Source: a virus (Duplodnaviria > Caudoviricetes). From it: a stretch of DNA of 64,000 nt. Below are positions 9,574 to 19,674 of this stretch, one piece after another. The DNA lies in IMG/VR virus record IMGVR_UViG_2609460327_000001, positions 32,001 through 96,000 of that record. The stretch is one strand, 5' to 3'. Position 1 is the stretch's first letter. Every line of letters starts with the position of its first letter. A model generated the notes under the pieces. That model did no database searches, was not told the DNA's origin, and was given only the letters and a program-made list of their open reading frames with translations. Position numbers and translations under genes: made by a program.

Positions 9574-10251
9574 CTAGTTGTTATTAATAAATAATCTAGA
9601 CCAATCACCAAATGTCGTATTCATTGGTGTTAGGATATCGTAATCAAATGGCTTGTTTTTAAACATGTCAAAGACATTATACAAGGTGTCTTTAATTTTG
9701 TTGGTTTCTCCGGAAAAATAAATATGATCATTATTAGGCACTTCACGCCATTGATAAGGGAATGTCTGCAACTGCACAAGATCATGAACCAACTCATTAG
9801 TCCAGTAGCAGAGCTTTCCACTATCGTAAACATTAGAATAAGGGAATCGGTATAGCTCAGACGTGTCTCTAAGGCTTAAGTCTTTATAAGCTGCAACATA
9901 TGCCGATATGAGTGTTTTACCAGCAACAGCAAAAGCAAAAACCATTTTTGGATATGGTATCGATTCGAAACTAAAATCATGATATTTAACATCATGGGTA
10001 GTTTCTTCTACTGTAATAAATAAATAGTTTGTTCCTTTTTCAGATTGAGCATATTTGGCTGTGTTTTGTGGAAGCGCAGGAGAAGTAAGAACCACTCTAT
10101 CAGATGTAAATTCTTTCCCTCCTGTTGATGATTGAAGCATATCAATAATTTGATCCGCATAAACATATTTCGTCGTTTTAACTCCATTATCTTCAATAAT
10201 TAAAAGCGGCATCTTTTCAGGATGAAGCTCGATCTTGACTGACATTTCCAT
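9574..10251 (-). CDS. Prokaryotic E2-like conjugating enzyme (family D / PRTRC protein B-like)
   Basis: PYPKMVF...LYRFPYSNVYDSGKLCYW is the E2-type P..NV...G.lC motif. Confidence 0.8.
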   Translation of the reverse strand: MEMSVKIELHPEKMPLLIIEDNGVKTTKYVYADQIIDMLQSSTGGKEFTSDRVVLTSPALPQNTAKYAQSEKGTNYLFITVEETTHDVKYHDFSFESIPYPKMVFAFAVAGKTLISAYVAAYKDLSLRDTSELYRFPYSNVYDSGKLCYWTNELVHDLVQLQTFPYQWREVPNNDHIYFSGETNKIKDTLYNVFDMFKNKPFDYDILTPMNTTFGDWSRLFINNN

Positions 10252-10744
10252 TGCCTCCTTCTGTTAAATATGGCTTTATTTCTTTAAGTAAGTTCATAAA
10301 ATTTATAGCACCCAACCCCACACCAACAAAATAATAATATTTAATATGCAATATATCTTCTTGTTCGATTTCCCACGAGGCATCAAAATCAAAACCTGAA
10401 ATATCATCAAGAATATCTTCAAACTTCTTTTTGATGGGAGCTAGTATTTTTAATTCTGTTTCTGTTAAATCTTCACGAAAATAAAACTCGATTCTCGCAA
10501 TTGTATCTTCATGATCATCATCGGAATAGCCAAATACTGCTCCGTAGGGAAATATAAGATCGTGAAGAGTTAGGCGAAATAATGTTTGAACTAATCCATC
10601 ACCAGGCTGAGTTGTTAAGTTATTAAATTCCGATGAAGTTTCAAAATTATTAATCCTTCGAATTTTCAAGAGTGCAAGAATATCTAATTGATTAAGCCAA
10701 TAATCACGTTCTTCAGCTCCGAACAAAGGGGTAACTTCGTGCAT
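10217..10744 (-). CDS. Hypothetical protein in the E2/Ubl/E1 operon
   Basis: 175-aa ORF with a GAGGTG RBS, overlapping the E2 gene. Confidence 0.65.
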   Translation of the reverse strand: MHEVTPLFGAEERDYWLNQLDILALLKIRRINNFETSSEFNNLTTQPGDGLVQTLFRLTLHDLIFPYGAVFGYSDDDHEDTIARIEFYFREDLTETELKILAPIKKKFEDILDDISGFDFDASWEIEQEDILHIKYYYFVGVGLGAINFMNLLKEIKPYLTEGGNGNVSQDRASS

Positions 10745-10758
10745 GGATCACACCTCTA

Positions 10759-11100
10759 TTAAAAAAATTTTACTGGTTGTCGAACTCGCTGCATCTTTTT
10801 TAGCTCAAATATAAATTCGCGCATATATACATGTTGATAAATACTGTCTCTCAGCATATTGGGAGTATACTCCTCCCCATCTTCAAGGGTGGCAGTATAA
10901 TTAATCTCTTCGAATAGTCGTTTAATGCCTTCAAAGCTAATGTTATCAAGCTGCTCATCAGATACTGAGTTGTTATTAAAAATGACATTTGCAACTTTCA
11001 ATTCTTCTTCTTGATACTGGATATTATTGCTATTAATTGACTGAGTAGATAATGCGATTTCTAGTACACTACTATAATTAAAAAATTGTTCTTTAGGCAT
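10759..11100 (-). CDS. Hypothetical protein
   Basis: 113-aa ORF, translationally coupled (TAATG). Confidence 0.6.
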   Translation of the reverse strand: MPKEQFFNYSSVLEIALSTQSINSNNIQYQEEELKVANVIFNNNSVSDEQLDNISFEGIKRLFEEINYTATLEDGEEYTPNMLRDSIYQHVYMREFIFELKKMQRVRQPVKFF

Positions 11101-11447
11101 TAGATCAACCCCCTGTTTTTTGCTTCTTCAATCATCAATAAATAAGTTTTGGATTTGCGAAGATATTCAGCAATAACATCCATCCTTATATTTTTAGCTT
11201 TATTGCGCCTGTATTTTTTACTCATAATTTGAGAAGCAAGCTCGCGAAGATCAATATCCTGCACTCTTCTTTCAGTTAGGCGAATACAATTTAAAAGATG
11301 ACTATCTGTCATATTGGCAGGCCGAATAACTAACCCCTTTTCTGTAGTCCAGAAGCCAATGAAATCCCCATTTTTAGCCTTCTGCAAATTGATTGAAGCC
11401 TGAAACTCACCGGGGTCTCGATAATGATAGGCTGTCATTAATTCCAT
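11100..11447 (-). CDS. Hypothetical protein with MELMxxY N-terminus
   Basis: Starts MELMTAY after a GGGGTG RBS. Confidence 0.7.
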   Translation of the reverse strand: MELMTAYHYRDPGEFQASINLQKAKNGDFIGFWTTEKGLVIRPANMTDSHLLNCIRLTERRVQDIDLRELASQIMSKKYRRNKAKNIRMDVIAEYLRKSKTYLLMIEEAKNRGLI

Positions 11448-11490
11448 GAATGTTCACCCCAATAAACATTAATTTCAAAAGAGATAATTT

Positions 11491-12306
11491 TTATGTGTTG
11501 AATATAGATTCGTATCGTTGCTGATCGTGGTACTTCTTCATCAAGTTATTAAGATCAAGCTGGGCTTCAATTTCTAAAAGCAAATCATTGTCATGACAAC
11601 TTGATCTCGAATATGATCCTCCACTGTAATTAATATAAGAAATGTCTGGGTTCTGATACTCACCTTTCAAATCACTTGAGCTGGAATTTATCCAAGAACT
11701 AAAATTTACTTTGAACTTCGGCTTATATGTATAGAATTTGCCGATGCCAAGAGGCGATTTTGTAATCCGCCCGAACCTTTTTTCACATATGGTATCAATA
11801 GGTTCTCCCCAGGTAGATGAGACCCATAAATGACCTCGATCCCCAAAATTCTTAAATATATGAGTTAATCGGTGCTTATGGATAACCTTTGGCCATATAT
11901 GTTTGCGAACATAGCTAGTCTTCTCAAATTTAATAACTTCACGGACAATTATCTTTCTAGCCTGCTGCTTAGTAACACCACTTGTTTTGCAAAGCACATG
12001 CACTTGGCCATGCTGATTAAACTGTAGATGCAGGTCATAAAGAGAGCGCCAGACTCTACGCTTCTGGCGCTTATCATAGTAGTGAACCCGCTTATGATCA
12101 AGACGACCGGTGTAATTATACAAGTTATAAAAAGTATCGGGCTCGACCTTAAAGCTATAGTTTCCATCAGGAATAAATTCTTCACCCCAATAATCTGACC
12201 TGCCCATTGCTTCTAAGTGAATCAATTGGTGAGCGAAGTAAACCTTCTCTTTTTCAGGCCCATATAAATATGGGACCTTCTTTACAACAACCGGCATTCC
12301 TTTCAT
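11491..12306 (-). CDS. Hypothetical protein
   Basis: 271-aa basic ORF with an AGGAGG RBS. Confidence 0.65.
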   Translation of the reverse strand: MKGMPVVVKKVPYLYGPEKEKVYFAHQLIHLEAMGRSDYWGEEFIPDGNYSFKVEPDTFYNLYNYTGRLDHKRVHYYDKRQKRRVWRSLYDLHLQFNQHGQVHVLCKTSGVTKQQARKIIVREVIKFEKTSYVRKHIWPKVIHKHRLTHIFKNFGDRGHLWVSSTWGEPIDTICEKRFGRITKSPLGIGKFYTYKPKFKVNFSSWINSSSSDLKGEYQNPDISYINYSGGSYSRSSCHDNDLLLEIEAQLDLNNLMKKYHDQQRYESIFNT

Positions 12307-12317
12307 AAAGATTCCTC

Positions 12318-14192
12318 CTAACCTCCAACAGTTACAAGACCCTGAGAAGATTTTTTTCTTTCCTTGATCATGTTTTCCATTGCAAGCTTGCTTATGTTCT
12401 TTGATGAGGCGGTTGACTTGCCGCCATCAATAACTGTATTGGCCATCGATGATTTACGCTCGAGAATATTCAGCAGATGCTCGTCGTATCCGTTATTCAT
12501 GATCAAATAATAGATGTTGATGTTGCTAAACTTATTGCCTGTGCGATCAATGCGGCCATTCCGCTGCTCAACTAAAGTAGGATCCCAAGGCAAGTCAGCA
12601 TGAATCATATAGTTGGCAACCTGCAAATTCAGTCCAGTGCTTCCAGCATCGGTACACACAATGGCCTTAATGTTCGGATTATTAACGAATTGCTCTTTAG
12701 CAAATTCCTTCGCGTTGTCATTCATCTTTCCATGGAATACCACCGATTGCTTGAGCTTGCTATGAATAAGCTCAGCCATACGAGCAAACTGAGTGAATAT
12801 AACAACCTTAGACTTTGGCTCATCATAAAGCATTTGCTCATAGAACTGAACAATATGATCCACCTTTGGTGATTTAAGGTCTTTCTCGGACAAAGAGATA
12901 TCCTTCAGTATGCCTTGCGCCATGGATGAATCGGACATTGTAAGAAGCTGCGGAGAATCACAAGCACTCAGCATAAATATTTGATAGCCTTGAGCTAATG
13001 CATCGTAATATTCCTTCGCCTCCTCTTTAGACATGCTTTTGCCGGCGATAAAATGATACTGATCCGGGCTAGAGGAAATCTTCTTAGCTGTCTCTTTAAC
13101 TTCCATGTACTTATCCAGAAGATAATCATGAAGTTGTGCTTGCTTATCGGTCATATCAAGGAAGATTGGATCATCTGTAACTTTAGGCAATTGCTGTTGT
13201 ACTTCTGGGTTCTCTTTCGTTCTCCGTATAAAGTAAGGCGCAATGCGATAATAAAGTTCTCCAAGCTCTTTGTAGCCTGTAATCCCATATCGCTTGCTAT
13301 ACTCGCAGTATCTTTCACGAAAAGCATACCAATCACCGAGTATATGTTCATTAACGAAGTAGAACAGACTCCACACCTCTTCTGCTTTACCCTGCATAGG
13401 TGTAGCAGTAGCAATAAACCGATGAGGAATATATTTTAGCTCATAAGTGGCGGAAGCTATCTGGCTTGGCTTGAGATCCAAAAAGGTATCTGTTACACCA
13501 TTCTTTATTTTTTGAGCCTCATCTAATCCAACGGCATCAAAAGGAATACTAGTAATAAGTTTGCGAAGTTTTTCATCCCGCAGGATTTCATAGTTGATCA
13601 CCAAATATTGTGTCTTCTTATGTGAAGCGAAGCCACGTATGAGCTTCTCTCTCTGCTTGGATGTGCCTGTTACTGGAATAGCTGGCTTACCCGTAAACTT
13701 CTCAATTTCCTTAGCCCATTGCCTCTTAAGAGAATTAAGTGTGACGATCAGTCCGCGCTTGCCACCACGTTCAAAAATTTTCTCAAAAGCGCCGATCAAT
13801 TGCGGAGTCTTGCCAAGACCGCAACCATCAAAAACGGCAGCGGATCCTCGATCAAGAAGAAAGTTTGCACCCACTTTTTGATATGGATATAGCAACAGCT
13901 TAAATTTCTTGAACTCTGTTTCGGATTCCCATTGTAAGTGCTTCTGTACAATCTCGTCATAGATGTCTAATCCAGCAACGATTTCGTTAAGCGGGGTCAT
14001 CCAGATAATCTGATTGTTAAAATTAAACAAAAGAGCACCAACATTGTCACGGGAGATCATCCACTCGCCAGTTTCCATGTTGAACGCACGTCCAGGCAAA
14101 GATCGAACTCTGGACAAAGTATATTCGAATGTATCTATGTTATCCAATATTTTAATATATACGTTATCGTATTGGCTGCGCACTTGTATCAA
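12318..14192 (-). CDS. SNF2-family (SF2) helicase
   Basis: LYPYQ, DGCGLGKT, LDEAQKIKN, TATPMQ, IRRTK, VVIFTQF, DAGSTGLNLQ, PWDP..VEQRNGRIDRTG. Confidence 0.93.
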   Translation of the reverse strand: MIQVRSQYDNVYIKILDNIDTFEYTLSRVRSLPGRAFNMETGEWMISRDNVGALLFNFNNQIIWMTPLNEIVAGLDIYDEIVQKHLQWESETEFKKFKLLLYPYQKVGANFLLDRGSAAVFDGCGLGKTPQLIGAFEKIFERGGKRGLIVTLNSLKRQWAKEIEKFTGKPAIPVTGTSKQREKLIRGFASHKKTQYLVINYEILRDEKLRKLITSIPFDAVGLDEAQKIKNGVTDTFLDLKPSQIASATYELKYIPHRFIATATPMQGKAEEVWSLFYFVNEHILGDWYAFRERYCEYSKRYGITGYKELGELYYRIAPYFIRRTKENPEVQQQLPKVTDDPIFLDMTDKQAQLHDYLLDKYMEVKETAKKISSSPDQYHFIAGKSMSKEEAKEYYDALAQGYQIFMLSACDSPQLLTMSDSSMAQGILKDISLSEKDLKSPKVDHIVQFYEQMLYDEPKSKVVIFTQFARMAELIHSKLKQSVVFHGKMNDNAKEFAKEQFVNNPNIKAIVCTDAGSTGLNLQVANYMIHADLPWDPTLVEQRNGRIDRTGNKFSNINIYYLIMNNGYDEHLLNILERKSSMANTVIDGGKSTASSKNISKLAMENMIKERKKSSQGLVTVGG

Positions 14193-14321
14193 GAGGAAAC
14201 CTCCCTTCTATCCTACATTATATCACGTTAACCCATTGTTCAATACTATTTTAAACAATTAGGCACTGCATGCAAGGCCCGATTTTAAATAATCATCGGA
14301 ACCCTGAGTTGCAATGTCTAG

Positions 14322-15329
14322 TTAGAAAATTTGCTTTCCTGCAGAATCAACCGGAGCACCCCACTGCATAGACTGCGCCTGAAAGCTATTTGGGGATGCA
14401 GAGCCTTGTGGTTGAGCCTGTGGCGCTTGCGAAGACGACTGCTGACCAAAGAGTGGTTGAGCTGCAAAAGGATGCTGAGCGCTAAAAGCAGGAGGCTGAG
14501 AGCCGAATGTTTGGGATCCAAAGCCAAAAGATTGATGCTGAGACCGCTGATTCGATTGCTGATTCACAATTTGAAGAGCTTTTTCCATTGCAATTTCTAT
14601 AATGGTTTGCTCTTGAATGTAGGCAAGTGCCTTGTACTTATTTCGAACATCCTGCACGTATTCGAATGGGGACACATCCGGATGAACAAACGAAGTATTC
14701 GGAAGATTTCCTTGTTGTGCTATCGTCTTAATGTAAGGCGTTACTTGTCCATTAGCCCTATCTTGGTGAACCTGAAGCATGCGTCGTTTTTTCGGTGTGA
14801 GTGAAGCATTTTCTTCAGTAAATACATCTGTATTGCGATCCCAATGGTCCTCCATGCCGATTAAATAGCGACTACCTGGTGCTTTGTTGCTATCCACTAC
14901 TCGAAAATTGATGTTAAGCATATGTAGAGGAGATTTATCATGAGTAATTGTGAGTGAAATGGATACACTATTTTCATACTCTACTGCTGAGAACCGAGCG
15001 CCATGCAGTTCATAAGTGGCACGCTTGCGATTATTCCCTCCGATTTCAACCGAATCGCCATTCAGGAAGCGTTGATCAATGCCCATGATAGCCTGGTATA
15101 ATGAACCGAAATTAGCAATTCGAAGTGTCGTAAAGGCTTCTCTTCCGTCATATAAGCGCTCAGGACCATTGGTATTCAGTAGTTTTGGGTAATACGTCAA
15201 TGACCATCCTTTTGTAATGGATCCTTCAGCGATATCTTGCACCATTACAGGATAAGTGCCATTTCCAGTCATCATGCCGACTTCAACAGAAATTGCGTTT
15301 TGAATATCATTTTTGATTTTATCTAACAT
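14322..15329 (-). CDS. Hypothetical protein with a Q/P/S-rich disordered tail
   Basis: 335-aa ORF with a GGAGG RBS. Confidence 0.7.
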   Translation of the reverse strand: MLDKIKNDIQNAISVEVGMMTGNGTYPVMVQDIAEGSITKGWSLTYYPKLLNTNGPERLYDGREAFTTLRIANFGSLYQAIMGIDQRFLNGDSVEIGGNNRKRATYELHGARFSAVEYENSVSISLTITHDKSPLHMLNINFRVVDSNKAPGSRYLIGMEDHWDRNTDVFTEENASLTPKKRRMLQVHQDRANGQVTPYIKTIAQQGNLPNTSFVHPDVSPFEYVQDVRNKYKALAYIQEQTIIEIAMEKALQIVNQQSNQRSQHQSFGFGSQTFGSQPPAFSAQHPFAAQPLFGQQSSSQAPQAQPQGSASPNSFQAQSMQWGAPVDSAGKQIF

Positions 15330-15471
15330 TAAAATTTCCTCCGATTGTTTTTAGGATTAGGTAGTTTTACTTGAGTCTTCCAAAAGTGATTGATCAGGGC
15401 AAATAAAATAACAGCGGGCAGTAGCCAAAACTGCCCTATAAGAACAAAGAAACCGAAAATGAAATACCAAA

Positions 15472-15753
15472 TCATAGAGCCACTTCTTCCTTGATTCGAT
15501 CGTAATGCAATACATTATGTGCTCTTCTTTCCTCCTGCAGAGCCAAATCATCAATAATAGCAAGCTTTGACATCGTCCACATAGCAAGAAGCGTGCTCTT
15601 AGAAGCGATCTGAGCTTCTACTTGATCAGAAAGCTCTTCTGAGGCAGCGCGAAGCGCCTCATATCTTTGCATTGGCGCAAGGGGCTTAACCGCCTCTGTT
15701 ATAGCATTTAAGGTACCTGCATTGACAATTTTATTAACGATATTGATAAGCAT
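15472..15753 (-). CDS. Hypothetical protein
   Basis: Probable start MLINIV after GGAGGG. Confidence 0.55.
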   Translation of the reverse strand: MLINIVNKIVNAGTLNAITEAVKPLAPMQRYEALRAASEELSDQVEAQIASKSTLLAMWTMSKLAIIDDLALQEERRAHNVLHYDRIKEEVAL

Positions 15754-15807
15754 AAAAATTCCCTCCGTAAATTTAATTCTAAAAAGCCATAGGAGCGTAA
15801 GCGACAA

Positions 15808-16269
15808 TCAGCGCGCGAGACTTTCAGCCAAATAAAGCAGTGATGTTTTCGCAGGAGCTACATAGCTTCCAAGCTTCTCTTTTATATAATTGTAATACGT
15901 TACTTTTAGGGATGAATCACTGCTGAAACCGCCATCTATAAGCCCTCGTATGAATTGATCCGTCTCTAATTCGGTCTTAAATTCGTACTCCTTCTCCGGA
16001 TTTTCACTATCTAATAGTTGCACAGTGATACGCCTTGCAATATCACCACATATATCCTTTTCTACCTCAGTATATAATTCTTCGATAATCTGATTTAATT
16101 GCCAATATTTCTTCCAACCGCCTACCTCAACATGGTAGCCGGAACATTCCATTGGCGTCTTATCTAGCTGATCTGCAAGCTTTAAGGCTTCAGAGTAATT
16201 AGAGTTACCAAAATCTATTGTTACAGTCTCGTTACATTTTAGGCATGTTGTTTTGACTTGTCTTCCCAT
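15808..16269 (-). CDS. Hypothetical protein (CxxC near the N-terminus)
   Basis: 153-aa ORF with an RBS. Confidence 0.6.
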   Translation of the reverse strand: MGRQVKTTCLKCNETVTIDFGNSNYSEALKLADQLDKTPMECSGYHVEVGGWKKYWQLNQIIEELYTEVEKDICGDIARRITVQLLDSENPEKEYEFKTELETDQFIRGLIDGGFSSDSSLKVTYYNYIKEKLGSYVAPAKTSLLYLAESLAR

Positions 16270-16496
16270 TGAATTTCTTCCTCCTCTATAATGATTTCCT
16301 CAATACTTTGTCTTCGAAGATCCCATCTAATATAAAATGCAAATAAAGCGACAAGAGCTAAGATTATTAGGATTCCGAAGGGTTCCAGTAAAATAGCTAA
16401 AGTCGCAAGGAAAGCACCTATTAATATGCAAACCAGTAATCTGTCTGCAATGAAATCTAATCCAGGACCAACAACATCCATAAATGATCTTTTCAT
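16239..16496 (-). CDS. Small membrane protein
   Basis: Two hydrophobic helices. Confidence 0.6.
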   Translation of the reverse strand: MKRSFMDVVGPGLDFIADRLLVCILIGAFLATLAILLEPFGILIILALVALFAFYIRWDLRRQSIEEIIIEEEEIQWEDKSKQHA

Positions 16497-16756
16497 TAGA
16501 CAACCGCCCTTACAATCGGATTCTGAATATAAGCAAACGCGATCGTAAAAGGAATGTTTGCAGGCTTATTTGTCTTAAGATCGATAACATTCTTAAAAGT
16601 ACAGAATGTATAGCTTGTGTCTTCTACTACACCCAAATAGAGCTTTCCAAAATAAATAAACTCAACACGAGCATTAATTCTTGCCCATCCTGGACGATTC
16701 TTGTCTTGTGGCAGCATATTGCCCTCCTTCTTATGAAACCGCCATTGCTGTTTCAT
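16496..16756 (-). CDS. Hypothetical protein
   Basis: ORF coupled to its neighbours; the start may be MLPQDK. Confidence 0.5.
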   Translation of the reverse strand: MKQQWRFHKKEGNMLPQDKNRPGWARINARVEFIYFGKLYLGVVEDTSYTFCTFKNVIDLKTNKPANIPFTIAFAYIQNPIVRAVV

Positions 16757-17246
16757 ATATCGTTTGTTTTGCTTTCATTGCATATTCACTTGAAATATGA
16801 ATAGCTTCGATATTATTCTCAGGAGCTGGACTGTCGGCCATATAATGGACTTTATAGCTTATAGTCTTTGACTCCAAAAGAGCATGAATTTGACGCCATA
16901 AATCCTCATGTTTGAGCTGATCGCCATTAGCTTTCTTGAAATCATTTTTAGCCCATTGATGAATCAGCTTATTTAGCCCCGCACTGACTTGCGGAATGCC
17001 GGTATAGATATGGACAAAGGCTTTTTTCTTTATTTCTTTAAGTCCTTCAAGAACTGCTTTAAGCGTCATTCGAGTTACAGTTGTATCCTTGCCATAGCCA
17101 CCAAGAGTTTTTTTATAATGCTGGCCACCCATAGCAGAATGAAGCATGACACAATAGCCTCCATCCTTATTGGTGTTAGCAGTACCGGATACCCACATTT
17201 CAATGCGCAAACAGTCAAATTCTTTCTTTCCTTTTGTGCCACTCAT
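16731..17246 (-). CDS. Ribonuclease HI-like protein (acidic catalytic residues look degenerate)
   Basis: GGYCVML, TTVTRMTLKAVLEGLKEI, W.KN.FKKANG..LKHEDLWRQI, N..A. The canonical DG and RMEL acidic residues are replaced. Confidence 0.75.
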   Translation of the reverse strand: MSGTKGKKEFDCLRIEMWVSGTANTNKDGGYCVMLHSAMGGQHYKKTLGGYGKDTTVTRMTLKAVLEGLKEIKKKAFVHIYTGIPQVSAGLNKLIHQWAKNDFKKANGDQLKHEDLWRQIHALLESKTISYKVHYMADSPAPENNIEAIHISSEYAMKAKQTIYETAMAVS

Positions 17247-17403
17247 CTTAAGCGACCTCCTATATAAAATAATGATATTTGCTGAAACATTTGATAAATC
17301 AAAATATTTGAATCACCAAATCTATCAACAAATTGCCTGATTTTGCATTCTTAATATGACATATTTCATACTACATATGATTTGAGTGCTCAAGAAATAG
17401 AAA

Positions 17404-17430
17404 AAGACCCACATCATATGATATGAGTCT
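17404..17430 (-). terminator. Intrinsic terminator
   Basis: Minus strand AGACTCATATCA-TA-TGATGTGGGTCT followed by a T tract. Confidence 0.6.
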
Positions 17431-17469
17431 AAATCGTATTTCATATATAGTATTTAGTAGAGTGGAGCA

Positions 17470-17850
17470 TCATTTTTTCCGAAAAAGATGATATAAATCT
17501 TTGACATGATCTGGAAGCTGGTCGAAGATTTCCTTGGGCATATCATCAATGTTTCCACCAAATACATTGACATAGCTGCTTAATTCAGGTTTTTGGAATG
17601 GGTCAAAGCTCTCTTCTTTGTTAGAAGGTGAAGGCATTTTTTTAAGCTCTTGGAATTTAGCCTTCTTAGCTTCCTTGATCTGCTCTTGAATGATTAATTT
17701 AAAAGTATCTCCAATACTATCGACAGTTGCTTCTTTCAAAGAAACTGAAATCTCATCAGCTTTAAGATTAAACTGACTTTCTTTATCTGAACCTTCTACT
17801 GGGTTAACGACATGGATAGATAGACCTTTGATTGTGATGTTAGCTTGCAT
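17470..17850 (-). CDS. Hypothetical protein
   Basis: 126 aa with a GGAGG RBS. Confidence 0.65.
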   Translation of the reverse strand: MQANITIKGLSIHVVNPVEGSDKESQFNLKADEISVSLKEATVDSIGDTFKLIIQEQIKEAKKAKFQELKKMPSPSNKEESFDPFQKPELSSYVNVFGGNIDDMPKEIFDQLPDHVKDLYHLFRKK

Positions 17851-17916
17851 GATTAAATTCCTCCAAAGTATGTTTTATTATTTAACTTCAAAAAGCCCCC
17901 GCAGTCGTTAGACTGC

Positions 17917-18141
17917 TTATTTGAAACGTCTAGTGCGACGATCCTCAAGTACATTACGAACGGCATTTCTATAGTTGGCACGGTTAAGCTTGGGATCCTT
18001 GGCTTCCCTCTTATTCGCTTGATGAACAGCTTCAGATCTTGCAATATGCTGATGTGTGGCCATCATATGTCCAAGAAGCAATCCACTCTTACCGTTAATT
18101 TGATAAGCCAGGGAATCAATAAGATAAAGATTCTCATCCAC
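17917..18141 (-). CDS. Hypothetical protein
   Basis: 74 aa with an AAGGAGGTG RBS. Confidence 0.6.
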   Translation of the reverse strand: MDENLYLIDSLAYQINGKSGLLLGHMMATHQHIARSEAVHQANKREAKDPKLNRANYRNAVRNVLEDRRTRRFK

Positions 18142-18619
18142 CAGACTCCACCTCCTTAATAAAGTCAGAAAGCTTCATTTTGTCATGGTCGGGTATCATC
18201 GTATAATTTACACCCTTCTCATGATACGCCAGTTCTCGACTCGTAGTACGAGAACCTGTCTGATCATAGACCTTGATCCAAAAATCGACACGATCACGCT
18301 CGACTACTGTCGCATTAAAGTCGAATCGAAGCGGGTAGAAAAACCCACGATCTTTGACTCTAAGTACATAAAGTAGAGGTATTTCGCCACTGTGTGAAGA
18401 AAACGAATCACCATGAAAGTAAGGGATAGAATAATAATATCCATCTTGATTAGAAACATCCATTCGATCCATTGGCTGCTCTTGAATATCAAAGAAATCT
18501 TCTGATACATATGTAGCGAATATTCCAAGACCAGCTTGGAATTTAACGTGGAAATCATGAGAAAGTTCAGGATAGCCCGAAGGGCGTGATCTCAGCCATT
18601 CTTTAAGGTTGTTATTCAT
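18134..18619 (-). CDS. Hypothetical protein
   Basis: 161 aa, ATGA-coupled. Confidence 0.6.
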   Translation of the reverse strand: MNNNLKEWLRSRPSGYPELSHDFHVKFQAGLGIFATYVSEDFFDIQEQPMDRMDVSNQDGYYYSIPYFHGDSFSSHSGEIPLLYVLRVKDRGFFYPLRFDFNATVVERDRVDFWIKVYDQTGSRTTSRELAYHEKGVNYTMIPDHDKMKLSDFIKEVESGG

Positions 18620-19161
18620 ACGACACCTTCTTTATTGTAATGTATTACACGAACCTGTAATCCTTTATTCTTAGCGATATTAATCATGCCTGCTGTTCCT
18701 TTGCTAATGCTATCCCAGAAGGCCACAAGAGCATCGCCATTATCGGCCATATCAGCATTTCGCCTATGTCCAGCAGAACGATCAACAGGACCTCTCGGAC
18801 CCCTAGGGCGCCAATTAGGGATGTATGTATCTATAAAGTATCCTCTTTCATTGGCATATCGCTCTCCTAGCATGTCTGCACCTATAGCATTTCCTGAAAC
18901 AATCACGATGTTCTTCTTGTGTTGCAAGAGATGATCCAAATGTCTGCTAAGCAGTGCGTAATCATCGAAGTCGCGTGACCCGGCTACAACAAGTCTGAAG
19001 TATTCATCCACTTCAATAACATCCACGATAGATATGGCCGAATCATCCAGATTCCACATCTTCTCTACGTCTAATGGATCCTTGCAGTACTGCACTTTAA
19101 GTTCGCTATAGTTGGTGTCGTCTCTGTATTGTACAAGATACATCGAAAAATGTCTCCTCAA
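18616..19161 (-). CDS. YspA/SLOG-family (DUF2493-like) protein
   Basis: LVVAGSRDF.DY, IVSGNA.GAD.LGERYA, AGHRRNADM, LVAFWD..SKGT..MI. Confidence 0.85.
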   Translation of the reverse strand: MRRHFSMYLVQYRDDTNYSELKVQYCKDPLDVEKMWNLDDSAISIVDVIEVDEYFRLVVAGSRDFDDYALLSRHLDHLLQHKKNIVIVSGNAIGADMLGERYANERGYFIDTYIPNWRPRGPRGPVDRSAGHRRNADMADNGDALVAFWDSISKGTAGMINIAKNKGLQVRVIHYNKEGVV

Positions 19162-19674
19162 TTCATATATTTTTGTTGTATTGCCTTACATTTTAGTACA
19201 AAACGACGGATTTTGCGATAGTCACCGATTAAATGGCATGCTACATAGATACCAAGCACGATACCGAAAACAGTCAATTTAGTTAGCCTCCCTCCACTGG
19301 AATAGAACATTACACGAACAGTATGTGTACAATTTGTGAACGTTTTAGGATTGGGTGTATATACCCTATGTTTTCCGGTAATTCTTTATATATAGAAGCA
19401 AGCTTACTTAAGAATAGATAGATTACATTCAATTCAAGAGTTAGCTTACTTCTGATGTAGATAGAAAAATAAAAAGGTGGAGCAAAAACGGCAGCTACCT
19501 TTAATAGAATGAGCTATCGTATAGAATCGTCAGTTCATTCTATTGAGAGTAACATTCATTAGTAAGATACATAAATAATCGGCCTTCGGGAGAGGTCTGT
19601 CCAAATGAGGCAGAGCATAAAACCTTTAAAACCCTATGCAATGGTTTAGTTATCCCATATAGGGAAACGAATCT

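Noticed and set aside
17906-17912. CGTTAG(A) as an SPO1-type late promoter -35 element
   Set aside because: It is on the strand opposite to all neighbouring genes and no matching -10 follows.
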